Part shown: piece by piece, positions 19,393 through 28,786 of the stretch
Numbering within the stretch: the stretch's first letter is position 1
Layout: each line of letters begins with the position of its first letter
Assembly (NCBI GenBank): GCA_964362125.1
Contig: CAYICS010000002.1
Span: 9,302-73,301, forward strand
Length of the DNA: 64,000 nucleotides
Direction: 5' to 3'
DNA from: an uncultured Candidatus Saccharibacteria bacterium
Lineage (GTDB): Bacteria; Patescibacteriota; Minisyncoccia; UBA6257; UBA11618
Position numbers and translations under genes: made by a program
The notes under the pieces: generated by a model
What the model saw: only the letters and a program-made list of their open reading frames with translations
Databases searched by the model: none
What the model was told of the DNA's origin: nothing

Positions 19393-19631
19393 TAACCAGC
19401 CACCTCCATATTCCTCTCGCAACCATTCCGTTACAGATAAATTCCTCCTCACCCTAAGTCAGAAATTATCAGAAAAACAGAACTCGCCGTTAACATCAAG
19501 GAATATAAGGGTTCCCCAGCAGAGCTGGGGCTCAAACAGCTGTTTTTCTTAGATTTCTTTGACTTAGGGTTCGGGAATTTATCGACTTCCACTACACAGG
19601 TTGCTGTGAAGAATATGGAGGTGGCTCATTC
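19393..19631. repeat. MITE-like palindromic repeat, copy B, inverted relative to copy A
   Basis: Terminal inverted repeats are AGCCACCTCCATATTC and GAATATGGAGGTGGCT. The central hairpin ccccagc-aga-gctgggg lies at 19514-19530. Its reverse complement aligns with 14712-14946. Confidence 0.6.
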
Positions 19632-19784
19632 TCAGGGCTTGATTAAAGGCCGGCGCCGCGATCTGGTTCCGGGAGAGTTGCAGCGGAACTTTGAGTACTG
19701 CGAGAAAGGAGATTAGATTAGCGCTAAGGATGTTCTGAATTACCTCAACTGGCGGGATGAAGCCGCCAAGAAAGGAGCGGGGCC

Positions 19785-20306
19785 GTGACCGAAACATTGC
19801 CGACATTAACGGACCAAGAAAAGGAGATGCTGGCCGGATTACTGCGGCGGCTCAAGCCGCCCTATGGACCAAAGGTGTTCCCAGCGTGGGTGGAGAATTT
19901 CGTCACCACGCCAGTGGAGATGGCGGTTTTCAACAGTGATCGCCAGATACTCCTGGTTTATAGAGAAGACCCGGAGTACAAGGGCTGGCATAGTCCGGGA
20001 ACGATTCTTCGCGATGAGGAAGATGTGCCAACTGCTCTTGAGCGGCTCATCAATGGTGAGCTGGGTGGGGCAAAAGTAACCAGGCCTGTCCCCTTGGGTT
20101 GGGTGGAAGTTCACAGGGGCAATGGTCTGGGGCAAAACCCAACCCGTCACGAGATCTCTTTACTCCATGCCTGCTTCGTACAAAATCTCTCTTTATCAGG
20201 CAAAGACAGATTATTCTCTATCGATCAACTGCCTGAAAACACCCTCACTCATCACAAAGAGGTAATCATCCCGGAGATCGTGAGACGTCTCTGGGGGCCC
20301 GGATAG
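19785..20306 (+). CDS. Divergent NUDIX-like hydrolase-domain protein from a higher-GC gene
   Basis: A Nudix-box-like stretch reads GTILRDEEDVPTALERLINGELG. The gene is noticeably GC-richer than its neighbours. Confidence 0.4.
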   Translation: MTETLPTLTDQEKEMLAGLLRRLKPPYGPKVFPAWVENFVTTPVEMAVFNSDRQILLVYREDPEYKGWHSPGTILRDEEDVPTALERLINGELGGAKVTRPVPLGWVEVHRGNGLGQNPTRHEISLLHACFVQNLSLSGKDRLFSIDQLPENTLTHHKEVIIPEIVRRLWGPG

Positions 20307-20352
20307 CCGGGCCTTTTTTGTCCCCTAACTTCACGGTCGTGAAGTAGGGGAC
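20297..20352 (+). terminator. Two tandem hairpins with a T-run
   Basis: The first hairpin is gcccgg-atag-ccgggc followed by cttttttg, and the stop codon sits in its loop. The second, at 20320-20352, is gtcccctaacttcacg-gt-cgtgaagtaggggac. Confidence 0.55.
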
Positions 20353-20444
20353 ATTTGACCATTTGTCAATTATATATTATATTATGTATCTAGTCGTACC
20401 TTGGCAAATCTATGGGTCTAAAATACAATAGAAAGGATTTGAAC

Positions 20445-21128
20445 ATGACTGGTTTTAGGGAAAATCAAGAGAATCTTTTTGAGCTGATTCATCGAGTTCT
20501 CGGTGATCATTTGCCGAGCGAGCCCCTGGAAGCGGTTTATCTCTTTGATTTGAGTTCGCCCAACAAGAGTTCAATACTTGAAAGAGCTATTAAACTCTAT
20601 CAGCAGGGCCGTGTTCGAAAGCTGGTTTTGAATAACGAAGGCGATCTCGACGGCTCAATCTCCTATCAGCAGTGTGCTGAAGAGTTGATTGCTAGGGGTG
20701 TCTCAAAAAGCGATCTTCTGGCTTTCAAACCAGCTCCGGAGTTTCGCGGTCCGACAGGGCGTTACAACGCCTCATCTCAAGGCGAGGGTTTTGTTCGGTT
20801 TATCAAGGAAAGCGGTTACCGATCAGTGGGGTGCATCGCCCCGACCTTTCATCTGGTCCGTGCCTTTGTGGCAGTGGTCAGCGGCCTTGCCCATAACAAT
20901 CTCCAAAATACAGTCCGGGCTTATGCCATACCCGGAGAATCACAGTCGTGGGATGAGGAGATTGTTCATTTTCAAGGCGCCATTAAAGGGCCTCGGAAAA
21001 ATCTGCTTAAGGATGAGCTGGCGAGGCTTGCTAGTTACAGCGCCAGAGGAGATCAGGTTTCTGGGGAAGTAGTTCTCAATTATCTCAATCAACGGGAAGG
21101 AGGAAATCGTGCCGACGTTCTGCGATGA
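20445..21128 (+). CDS. DUF218/YdcF-like domain protein, paralogue 1. The ORF track starts it at 20412; the RBS favours the ATG at 20445.
   Basis: An aaagga RBS precedes the ATG at 20445. The protein has a Rossmann-like pattern: VYLFD, KLVLNNEG, and CIAPTFHLVRA, which matches the DUF218 HMxRA motif. Confidence 0.45.
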   Translation: MTGFRENQENLFELIHRVLGDHLPSEPLEAVYLFDLSSPNKSSILERAIKLYQQGRVRKLVLNNEGDLDGSISYQQCAEELIARGVSKSDLLAFKPAPEFRGPTGRYNASSQGEGFVRFIKESGYRSVGCIAPTFHLVRAFVAVVSGLAHNNLQNTVRAYAIPGESQSWDEEIVHFQGAIKGPRKNLLKDELARLASYSARGDQVSGEVVLNYLNQREGGNRADVLR

Positions 21129-21774
21129 CCAGTCAGTTCTCTTTCAGTTGACGCATCGGATTCTCTGTGATTCATTGCCGCCGAGACAGTTGGAAGTTGT
21201 CTATCTTTTCGACGAAACAGCCGAAAGCGCTTCGTCAGTGATAGATCAGGCCTTCTCGCTTTATAAACTGAACGGAGTTAGGAGAATAGCGCTGAATAAC
21301 GAAGGCCATCCTGCCGGATCAATTTCTTACGACAAACGCTGTGAGGAATTGATTACTGGGGGTGTTGTTCCTCAAGATCTGGTGGCCTTCAAGCCCGCCC
21401 CTGAATTTCGCGATCCGAAAACAGGATGTTACAGCACCAACTCTGAAGCCGATGGCTTCGTCCGTTTTATCAAGGAGCAGGGTTATACCTTGATTGGAGG
21501 GATCAGGCAGCCCCTGTTTCAGATTCGTGGCTTTGTCTCTTTAGTCAGCGCTCTCTTCCGCCATGGATTGCAAGAAATGGTTCGTGCCTACAATATTCCC
21601 GGCAGGCGGTTATCTTGGATAGGGAAGGCACTTCACTCTCAAGGTAATGTGGAGGAAGAGCGTTGGCAGCTGCTCGAACGCGAGCGGGATAACATCTTCA
21701 AGTACTGCGAATGGGGGCATCTGGTGACTGCTCCCGAAGTCCTTCAGTATTTGAAATGGCGAGACGGTTTGTAA
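21109..21774 (+). CDS. DUF218/YdcF-like domain protein, paralogue 2, a tandem duplicate
   Basis: It aligns with the upstream gene at roughly 45-50% identity, for example VYLFD, ALNNEG, AFKPAPEFR and DGFVRFIKEQGY. Confidence 0.45.
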   Translation: MPTFCDDQSVLFQLTHRILCDSLPPRQLEVVYLFDETAESASSVIDQAFSLYKLNGVRRIALNNEGHPAGSISYDKRCEELITGGVVPQDLVAFKPAPEFRDPKTGCYSTNSEADGFVRFIKEQGYTLIGGIRQPLFQIRGFVSLVSALFRHGLQEMVRAYNIPGRRLSWIGKALHSQGNVEEERWQLLERERDNIFKYCEWGHLVTAPEVLQYLKWRDGL

Positions 21775-21802
21775 GTTCTTGAGTATCTTTGGTGGTACTC
21801 TT

Positions 21803-21838
21803 GGCTGGTCTGGAGCAGCTCCAGACCAGCCTTTTTTT
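21803..21838 (+). terminator. Rho-independent terminator
   Basis: ggctggtctggag and ctccagaccagcc form a GC-rich stem, followed by ttttttt. Confidence 0.7.
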
Positions 21839-21858
21839 ATTCAAAAACTTATGCTAGA

Positions 21859-22665
21859 TTGGGTGGTGTGAAAAGTGACGTCATCAAAAAATGGGAAATT
21901 CCGGTGGTGATTTTCTGCGGCGGCAAAGGGACGCGGCTGAAAGAAGAAACTGATTTTAAACCCAAGCCGATGGTCACTATCGGCGGCTTGCCCATCCTCT
22001 GGCACATTATGAAAATTTATTCGGCGCGGGGTTTTAATAATTTTATTCTTTGTCTTGGTTATCGCGGCGACACTATCAGAGATTTTTTCTTAAATCACCA
22101 TTTTCATAATCAGGATTGTCTGCTTGATTCCCAAAATAAAAAAATTGAGCATTTAGGGTCAGGGCCAGAGAACTGGAAAATAATTTTTGCCGAGACCGGC
22201 GCCGAGGCCTTAACCGGCGAAAGATTATTCCGGATAACTAAATATCTTAGCGGCGACCGGTTTATGGTCACTTATGGCGACGGCGTCACTGATATGAATA
22301 TCAGCGATCTGCTTGATTATCATTTATCGCAAAAAACCATCGGCACCATTACCGGCGTCCACCCTTATTCCAAGTGGGGGCTGGCGGAAATCGACGGCGC
22401 TAGCCGCATCAAACGTTTCCGGCAGAAACCCTTGCTTGATGAGTATGTCAACGGCGGCTTCATGGTTTTTGAGCGGCCCTTTATTAAATATCTTGAGGAA
22501 GGCATCAGTATCGAGGAGGCCTTCAGCAAGCTGATTAGGAAGAAACAACTTTCTTTGTATAAATACAACGGCTTCTGGCATGCGATGGATACTTATCAGG
22601 ATCACGAAGAGCTTAATCGTCTTTGGCAGAAGAAAAAACCATGGCAAGTCTGGAAAGAATCTTAG
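21859..22665 (+). CDS. rfbF: Glucose-1-phosphate cytidylyltransferase
   Basis: VVIFCGGKGTRLKEETDFKPKPMVTIGGLPILWHIMKIYS aligns with the Salmonella RfbF/DdhA N-terminus. The gene uses a TTG or GTG start. Confidence 0.85.
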   Translation: MGGVKSDVIKKWEIPVVIFCGGKGTRLKEETDFKPKPMVTIGGLPILWHIMKIYSARGFNNFILCLGYRGDTIRDFFLNHHFHNQDCLLDSQNKKIEHLGSGPENWKIIFAETGAEALTGERLFRITKYLSGDRFMVTYGDGVTDMNISDLLDYHLSQKTIGTITGVHPYSKWGLAEIDGASRIKRFRQKPLLDEYVNGGFMVFERPFIKYLEEGISIEEAFSKLIRKKQLSLYKYNGFWHAMDTYQDHEELNRLWQKKKPWQVWKES

Positions 22666-23591
22666 TCACCGGCGCCACCGGCTTTATCGGCAGTCATCTG
22701 GTTGAGGCCTTATTAAAAGACGGCCGGAAGATTGCCATTGTCAAGCGGCCGGATTCTAATCTTTGGCGCATCGCCTCATTTCAGAGCCGCCTGAAAATTT
22801 ATAACAATGATGATGCTTCTTTGAGGCGACTGTTTAAAAAGATTAAGCCGCAATTAGTGATTCATCTGGCCGCTTATTATGTGAAAGAGCATCGGTCAAT
22901 AACTGACGCGGAGGAATTAATTAGAAGCAATGTTCTTTTTCCGGTAAAAATTTTGGAGTTGATGCGTCAGCACCAAGTTAGATATTTTATTAATACCGGC
23001 ACCTGTTTTGAATATGATTTGAGCCGGAAAGAAAAAATAAAAGAGACGTCGCCGCTGGCTCCCCAAAATTTATACGCCGCCACCAAGCTGGCTTTCCAAA
23101 AAATCCTCCGCTATTATGCCGGCGCCTATCAAATGAAAGCAGTTAACTTCCGGCTTTTTCCGCCTTATGGGCCCAAAGATAACGAAAAATTGGTTAACCA
23201 TCTTTTAAATAATTTAACCACCGGCCAGAGGATTTTTCAAAGTCCATCACAACAGCAATGGAATTTTACTTATGTAAAAGACATTGTTACCGCTTATAGA
23301 AAGGCCGTTGTTTATCTTCTCAAGATGAAAAGCGATTACGAAGATTTTAATATCGGTATTGACAAAACTTATTCGGTGAAGCAAATTATTGATGTTTTAG
23401 AACGATTAACCGGGGCGCGTAATCTGGTCAGTTATGACCGGCCTTACCCAGCCAAAGAGATCTTTTATCTTAATTGTAATAATAGTAAAGCTAAAAGGTT
23501 ATTGGGTTGGCGGCCGAAGTATAGTTTAGAGCGGGGTCTAAAAGAAACTTATGAATGGTACTGTCTTCGGCATCAAAGGGCAAAAAATTGA
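22623..23591 (+). CDS. NAD(P)-dependent epimerase/dehydratase-family reductase, probably a CDP-4-keto-3,6-dideoxyhexose reductase (paratose/abequose-synthase-like)
   Basis: Carries VTGATGFIGSHL and the YAATK catalytic pair (YxxxK). It is 322 aa and sits between rfbF and the rfbG-rfbH fusion. Confidence 0.55.
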   Translation: MAEEKTMASLERILVTGATGFIGSHLVEALLKDGRKIAIVKRPDSNLWRIASFQSRLKIYNNDDASLRRLFKKIKPQLVIHLAAYYVKEHRSITDAEELIRSNVLFPVKILELMRQHQVRYFINTGTCFEYDLSRKEKIKETSPLAPQNLYAATKLAFQKILRYYAGAYQMKAVNFRLFPPYGPKDNEKLVNHLLNNLTTGQRIFQSPSQQQWNFTYVKDIVTAYRKAVVYLLKMKSDYEDFNIGIDKTYSVKQIIDVLERLTGARNLVSYDRPYPAKEIFYLNCNNSKAKRLLGWRPKYSLERGLKETYEWYCLRHQRAKN

Positions 23592-24033
23592 CGGAGTAGA
23601 AATCAAGAAACTGAATATCATTCCTGATGAACGGGGAGCGATTTATCATATGCTCCGCCGCGATGATCCCCTTTTTGAACAATTCGGCGAAATTTATTTT
23701 TCCAAGGTTTATCCCGGAGTAATTAAGGGTTGGCATATCCATAAAGAGATGACTTTAAATTACGCCGTCATTTCAGGAATGATTAAGCTGGTTTTGTTTG
23801 ATGATCGGGAAGGCAGTGCCACCCGGGGCAATCTGATGGAGATATTTATGGGCGAAGATAATTATCTTTTGGTGAAAATCCCTAAGCTGATTTGGAACGG
23901 CTTTAAGGGTATTGGCAGTAAGCCAGCTATTGTTGCCAATTGTGCCACTCTACCGCACATTAAAGAAGAAATCGGGCGCCTTGATCCTTTTCACAATCAT
24001 ATTCCTTATAAATGGGATTTAATCAATGAATAA
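23551..24033 (+). CDS. RmlC-like cupin sugar epimerase or ketoisomerase
   Basis: 160 aa with a GWHIHK motif typical of dTDP-4-dehydrorhamnose-3,5-epimerase-like and FdtA-like cupins. Confidence 0.55.
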   Translation: MNGTVFGIKGQKIDGVEIKKLNIIPDERGAIYHMLRRDDPLFEQFGEIYFSKVYPGVIKGWHIHKEMTLNYAVISGMIKLVLFDDREGSATRGNLMEIFMGEDNYLLVKIPKLIWNGFKGIGSKPAIVANCATLPHIKEEIGRLDPFHNHIPYKWDLINE

Positions 24034-26269
24034 TCTTAAAGATTTTTATAAGGGCAAAAAAGTGCTGGTGACTGGTCAGAGCGGTTTTAACGGCGCCTGG
24101 CTGGCTTATGTTCTCTGGCGCTGGGGAGCGCAGGTGACGGCCGTTTCTTTAGCGCCCAAAACCCAACCCAATCTTTTTGATATTTTTGGTTTAAGAGAGA
24201 AAATTACCAACTACTTTATTGATCTCCGCGATTTTCAGCATTTAAAAAATATTATCGCCAATCTTCAACCAGAACTGGTTTTTCATTTAGCCGCCCAAGC
24301 CATTGTTTTAAAAAGCTATGATGAGCCGATGGAAACTTATATCAGCAATACTCTAGGCACAGTCAATATCTTGGAAGCAATCCGGACCGCCGGCTGTGTT
24401 CGCTCGGGAATCATTGTCACCACTGATAAAGTTTATGAAAATAAAGAAGATTCTCACGCTTTCCAGGAACCGGATAAGTTAGGCGGCGACGATCCTTACA
24501 GCGCCAGCAAAGCCGCCGCCGACATTATTGCTAATTCTTATATTCGTTCTTTCCATCTGCCTCTGGCTGTTTGCCGCTCCGGCAATATTTTAGGCGGCGG
24601 CGATTGGGCAGAGTATAGGTTATTGCCGGATATTTTCAGAGCTATTTACAGCGGTAGTAATCCGGTGATTATCCGTAACCCGGAGGCGGTTCGTCCCTGG
24701 CAGTATATTCTAGAGCCGGTCTCCGGATATTTATTTTTAGCTAAAAAAATTTTTGAGGGAGAAAGTAATCTGGCCGGCGCCTGGAATTTCGGGCCGGATC
24801 AGGAAAATTCTGCGGCGGTTGAGCCAGTGGTTCAAAAAACTATTAAGTTGATCGGCACCGGGCAGTATCAAGTGGTGCCAACCGATGATAAACCCGAGAA
24901 GAAATTATTAAGATTGGATAACACCAAGGCCAAAACAGTTTTGGGCTGGAAGCCCCGCTTAAATCTGGATGATACTTTAAAATGGACAGTTGATTGGTAC
25001 CGGCAATATTATACTAATCCTTCAGGTATTATCAGTTTAACTGACGAGCAGATTGATAAATTTTTCGGTGAGAGCGCCAGCCGGCGGGTAACTTACGCTC
25101 TGGCGGTTCATGGTGATGAAGAATTGGCGGCTGTGATTGACGTTCTTAGTCGCCATAAAACCATTATGGGAGAAAAAGTTAAGCTGTTGGAAAATAAAGT
25201 AGCCGGCCTTTTTGCCAAAAAACATGGGATTGCTGTTAATTCCGGTTCCTCAGCCAATTTTTTGGCCTTAGAGATTATTGATTTACCGCCGGGCAGTGAA
25301 GTTATTACCCCCATTATGACTTTTGCCACAACCGTGGCGCCCCTAGTTCAAAAAGGATTGCGGCCGGTTTTTACCGATGTTATTGAAGGTAATTATCAGA
25401 TTGATGTTAATCAGGTAGAGTCACTCATCAGCGATAAAACCCGGGCGCTGATGATCCCTTCTCTTTTAGGCAATATCCCGGATTACCGCCAACTGCGGGA
25501 AATTGCCCGACGTTATAATCTTTTTTTGATTGAAGATTCTTGTGACACTTTGGGAGCAAAATTAGACGGCGCCGCCACTGGTCTTTACTCTGATATTTCC
25601 ACTACCAGTTTCTATGGTTCTCATATTATTACTGCCGCTGGCGGGGGCGGAATGATTTGTGTCAATAATGACGACTGGGCAAGGCAGTGCCGGGTGTTGC
25701 GGGGTTGGGGCCGGTCTTCGGCGGCTGATGAGAGCGAAAGTATTGAAGCGCGCTTTCAGCAAGAACTTGATAATGAGCCCTATGATGCTAAATTTATTTT
25801 TGAACGCCTTGGCTATAATTTCTTGCCCAGTGAAATAGGCGCGGCTTTTGGTTTAGCCCAGTTGGAGAAGTTAGATAGTTTTATCGCCATCCGGCGCCGC
25901 AATTTCCAAGAGCTAAAATTATTTTTCTTAAATTATCAGGATTTATTTATTCTGCCGGAACAAAATTCCCGGGCCGAAACCGCCTGGCTGGCTTTTCCTT
26001 TAACTATTAAAGAAGGGGCGCCTTTCCGACGCAAAGATTTACAGATTTATCTCGAGAGGCGGGGCATCCAGACCAGAACTAATTTTGCCGGCAATCTCTT
26101 GCGTCACCCCGGCTTTAAAGGCATACCCTGCCGCACCCGGGCCGAAGGTTATCCAGCGGCAGATAATATTTTCCGCAATTCTTTTCTGATTGGCTGTCAC
26201 CACGGTCTGACCAGTGAGGACTTGGCTTATCTTAAGCAAAGTTTTACTGATTTCTTTAAATCCATATGA
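24026..26269 (+). CDS. Single-ORF fusion of CDP-glucose 4,6-dehydratase (RfbG/DdhB-like, N-terminal) and PMP-dependent CDP-4-keto-6-deoxyglucose 3-dehydrase (RfbH/DdhC/E1-like, C-terminal)
   Basis: Residues 1 to about 350 read KKVLVTGQSGFNGAWL, YSASK and RPWQYILEP, which are collinear with RfbG. Residues from about 355 to 747 are DegT/DnrJ/EryC1-family (GSSANFLAL, DSCDTLG, TTSFYGSHIITAAGGGGM). The frame is continuous throughout. Confidence 0.8.
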   Translation: MNNLKDFYKGKKVLVTGQSGFNGAWLAYVLWRWGAQVTAVSLAPKTQPNLFDIFGLREKITNYFIDLRDFQHLKNIIANLQPELVFHLAAQAIVLKSYDEPMETYISNTLGTVNILEAIRTAGCVRSGIIVTTDKVYENKEDSHAFQEPDKLGGDDPYSASKAAADIIANSYIRSFHLPLAVCRSGNILGGGDWAEYRLLPDIFRAIYSGSNPVIIRNPEAVRPWQYILEPVSGYLFLAKKIFEGESNLAGAWNFGPDQENSAAVEPVVQKTIKLIGTGQYQVVPTDDKPEKKLLRLDNTKAKTVLGWKPRLNLDDTLKWTVDWYRQYYTNPSGIISLTDEQIDKFFGESASRRVTYALAVHGDEELAAVIDVLSRHKTIMGEKVKLLENKVAGLFAKKHGIAVNSGSSANFLALEIIDLPPGSEVITPIMTFATTVAPLVQKGLRPVFTDVIEGNYQIDVNQVESLISDKTRALMIPSLLGNIPDYRQLREIARRYNLFLIEDSCDTLGAKLDGAATGLYSDISTTSFYGSHIITAAGGGGMICVNNDDWARQCRVLRGWGRSSAADESESIEARFQQELDNEPYDAKFIFERLGYNFLPSEIGAAFGLAQLEKLDSFIAIRRRNFQELKLFFLNYQDLFILPEQNSRAETAWLAFPLTIKEGAPFRRKDLQIYLERRGIQTRTNFAGNLLRHPGFKGIPCRTRAEGYPAADNIFRNSFLIGCHHGLTSEDLAYLKQSFTDFFKSI

Positions 26270-27345
26270 GAGTTTGTTATTTTGGGAAGTTTGATCCCAA
26301 TTACGCCCGCAACCGGGTTTTTATCCGAGGTTTAAAGAAAAACGGCGTTGAGGTGATTGAATGCAACTCGGATCGCCGCGGTTTATTCTCAGTTACCTGG
26401 GATTTAATAAAAAAACATCGTCAATTAAAAGACCAATATGATGTGATGGTTGTTGGTTTTTTGGGCCATACCCCAGCCATCTTAGCCAGCTTTATTACAA
26501 AAAAACCAATTGCTTTTAATGCCTTAATTTCTCTTTATGACAGCACTGTTTTTGATCGCAAGAACGTTTCACCGAGAAGCTGGCGGGCTCTATATTACTG
26601 GTTATTAGACAAACTTTCCTGTCAATTGGTAGATTTGGTTATTTTAGATACAGCCGCTCATATTGATTATTTTGTTAGAACTTTCCGCTTGCCAATTGAT
26701 AAATTCCAACGGGTTTTCGTCGGCTCTGATGAAGAAATTTTTTCCCCTCTGCCGGCGCCGCCGACTGGTAATAAATTTCTGGTGAATTTTCACGGCACTT
26801 TCATTCCTCTCCATGGCGCTGAATATATTGTTGAGGCCGCCAACCTTCTAAAAAAAGAAAACATTCATTTTAATTTGATCGGCCGCGGTCAGACTTATCA
26901 AGAAATCCATCAGTTAATTGTCAACCGTCAATTGTCAAATGTCAGTCTTATTGACTATCTGGGCTATCTCGACTCCCCGCCTTTTCAAAAACTAAAAAAA
27001 TATCTGGCTGAGGCCGATATTTGCCTGGGAATTTTTGGCAATACCCAGAAAGCCCGCAATGTCATTCCTAATAAAGTTTTTGAGATTTTGGCAATGAGGA
27101 AACCTTTATTAACCGGCGATTCTCCGGCTAGCCGGGAAATTCTTACTGACCGGACCAATGTTTTATTTTGTAAAATGGCCGACCCGGCTGATTTGGCTGA
27201 GAAAATCTTAGAGCTAAAAAATAATCAAGGACTGCGGGAGAAAATTGCCGCTAATGGTTATCACCTCTTTCAATCTCAACTCCGTTCTGATATTATAGGA
27301 AAACAGTTAAAAGAGATTCTCAATGAACTCTGCTCTAAAAATTAA
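26266..27345 (+). CDS. GT-B fold glycosyltransferase (GT1/GT4-like)
   Basis: 359 aa with a C-terminal Rossmann half (NKVFEILAMRKPLLTGDSPASREIL). Confidence 0.5.
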   Translation: MRVCYFGKFDPNYARNRVFIRGLKKNGVEVIECNSDRRGLFSVTWDLIKKHRQLKDQYDVMVVGFLGHTPAILASFITKKPIAFNALISLYDSTVFDRKNVSPRSWRALYYWLLDKLSCQLVDLVILDTAAHIDYFVRTFRLPIDKFQRVFVGSDEEIFSPLPAPPTGNKFLVNFHGTFIPLHGAEYIVEAANLLKKENIHFNLIGRGQTYQEIHQLIVNRQLSNVSLIDYLGYLDSPPFQKLKKYLAEADICLGIFGNTQKARNVIPNKVFEILAMRKPLLTGDSPASREILTDRTNVLFCKMADPADLAEKILELKNNQGLREKIAANGYHLFQSQLRSDIIGKQLKEILNELCSKN

Positions 27346-28786
27346 AACAATTTTTATCGCCGCCTTTCATACCCTAGCTTCAAGAAATATTTTGGCGACT
27401 GATGTTTTAAAAAGTTTAAGCGCTGACCCGGAACTGCGGCTGGTGATTTTTGTGCCGCTTTTTAAGACAGATTTTCTGAAAGAACAATACGGCCGGGATA
27501 ATATTATTTTTGTCGGATTCAATGAAAGACAATTAAATAATTATTTTTGGTTTGAAAACCTGACGTCACTGGCCTTCTCTTTTTTATCAACTTACACCGC
27601 TAAATTGCGTAGTCAGGAAAAATTAAGGAAAGAAAAGTCTTTGCGCGCCTTGGTAAAGTATGGCCGCAACCGGTTTGCCGGCGCTTTCCTTTCCCGCTTA
27701 ATGCCGGCCCGTTTTCTCTTGCGTTTTTTTGATCGGTTTTTTTCTCCGATTAAACTGCTTAATCAATATTTTGATCAATACCAGCCGCTGGCTGTTTTTG
27801 CCACTGATGTTTTTTTGGCGGCCGATGTCTTGTTTTTACAGGCAGCTAAAGCCCGAAGGATTCTCTCTATTGGCATGGTGCGTTCCTGGGACAACACTAC
27901 CACCAAAGGTTTAATGCGTTGCCTGCCGGACAAATTGATTGTCAATAATGAAATTATAAAGAAAGAAGCGGTGGAGTTACACGATTTTTCGGCTAAGAAC
28001 ATTTTTGTCAGCGGCTTACCGCAATTTGATATTGGTTTTCTGGGGAAAAGAACGCCGCGCCAGGAATTCTTCGGGAAAATCGGTCTTAATCCAAAAAAGA
28101 GAATGATTTTATTCGCCCCGGCGGGCCAGTTTCTTTCTGACACTGATTGGCAGATTTGCGAAATTTTAAAAAACGGCCTTGATCAAAAGAAAATTCCTTC
28201 TGATCTGCAATTTCTTGTCAGAAGCCACCCCATGGATCCGGCGCCTCTTTCCCAATTTCAGCCGGATGAACGGTTCGTTATTGAACGTCCCGGGACTTAT
28301 TTCAAAGTTGAGACAAGAAATTTGGGGGTGGTTTCAGGTCGACGGGTGGTGGCCGGCGATCCGGTTGACTTGGGTCAGCTGAACGCCAAATTAACGGAAA
28401 TGTCGCTTGATGATCTTAACCATCTTTTTGATTCTCTTTATCACTCGGAAATGCTGATTCAGGTTAACTCCACTATTGGTATTGATTCTTTAATTTTTGA
28501 TAAACCCGATATTATGATCGAATTCGACGGCTGGGAAAAGAAAAATTATCTAGACAGTGTTGAACGTTATCATCATGAGGATCATATGCAAAAATTTCTC
28601 AAAACTGGTGCGATTCGGATTGTTCGCAGTCAGGAAGAATTATTTGAGTGGATTAACAAATATCTGGAAGGGCCTGAACTAGATAGCGGAAAAAGAAAAA
28701 TCGGCGCCGGTCAACAGATTAAATTCCTTGATGGTCAATCAGGAAAAAGAGCGGCAGAATTTATTTTAAAAAGCATCAATGACTGA
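27323..28786 (+). CDS. TagB/TagF-like CDP-alcohol phosphotransferase family protein (Glyphos_transf-like)
   Basis: The C-terminal motif [25 protein letters not shown] resembles the TagF LITDYSSV...DKP block. Confidence 0.4.
   Translation: MNSALKIKTIFIAAFHTLASRNILATDVLKSLSADPELRLVIFVPLFKTDFLKEQYGRDNIIFVGFNERQLNNYFWFENLTSLAFSFLSTYTAKLRSQEKLRKEKSLRALVKYGRNRFAGAFLSRLMPARFLLRFFDRFFSPIKLLNQYFDQYQPLAVFATDVFLAADVLFLQAAKARRILSIGMVRSWDNTTTKGLMRCLPDKLIVNNEIIKKEAVELHDFSAKNIFVSGLPQFDIGFLGKRTPRQEFFGKIGLNPKKRMILFAPAGQFLSDTDWQICEILKNGLDQKKIPSDLQFLVRSHPMDPAPLSQFQPDERFVIERPGTYFKVETRNLGVVSGRRVVAGDPVDLGQLNAKLTEMSLDDLNHLFDSLYHSEMLIQVNSTIGIDSLIFDKPDIMIEFDGWEKKNYLDSVERYHHEDHMQKFLKTGAIRIVRSQEELFEWINKYLEGPELDSGKRKIGAGQQIKFLDGQSGKRAAEFILKSIND

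Noticed and set aside
19579-19939. Small ORFs (75 aa and 60 aa) overlapping MITE-like copy B and the Nudix-like gene
   Set aside because: They fall inside the repeat element or the GC-rich coding frame. The composition-driven open frames are likely non-coding.
20689-21072. 127-aa alternative-frame ORF within the DUF218-like paralogue
   Set aside because: It is out of frame relative to the conserved tandem paralogue alignment. High GC inflates ORF length by chance.
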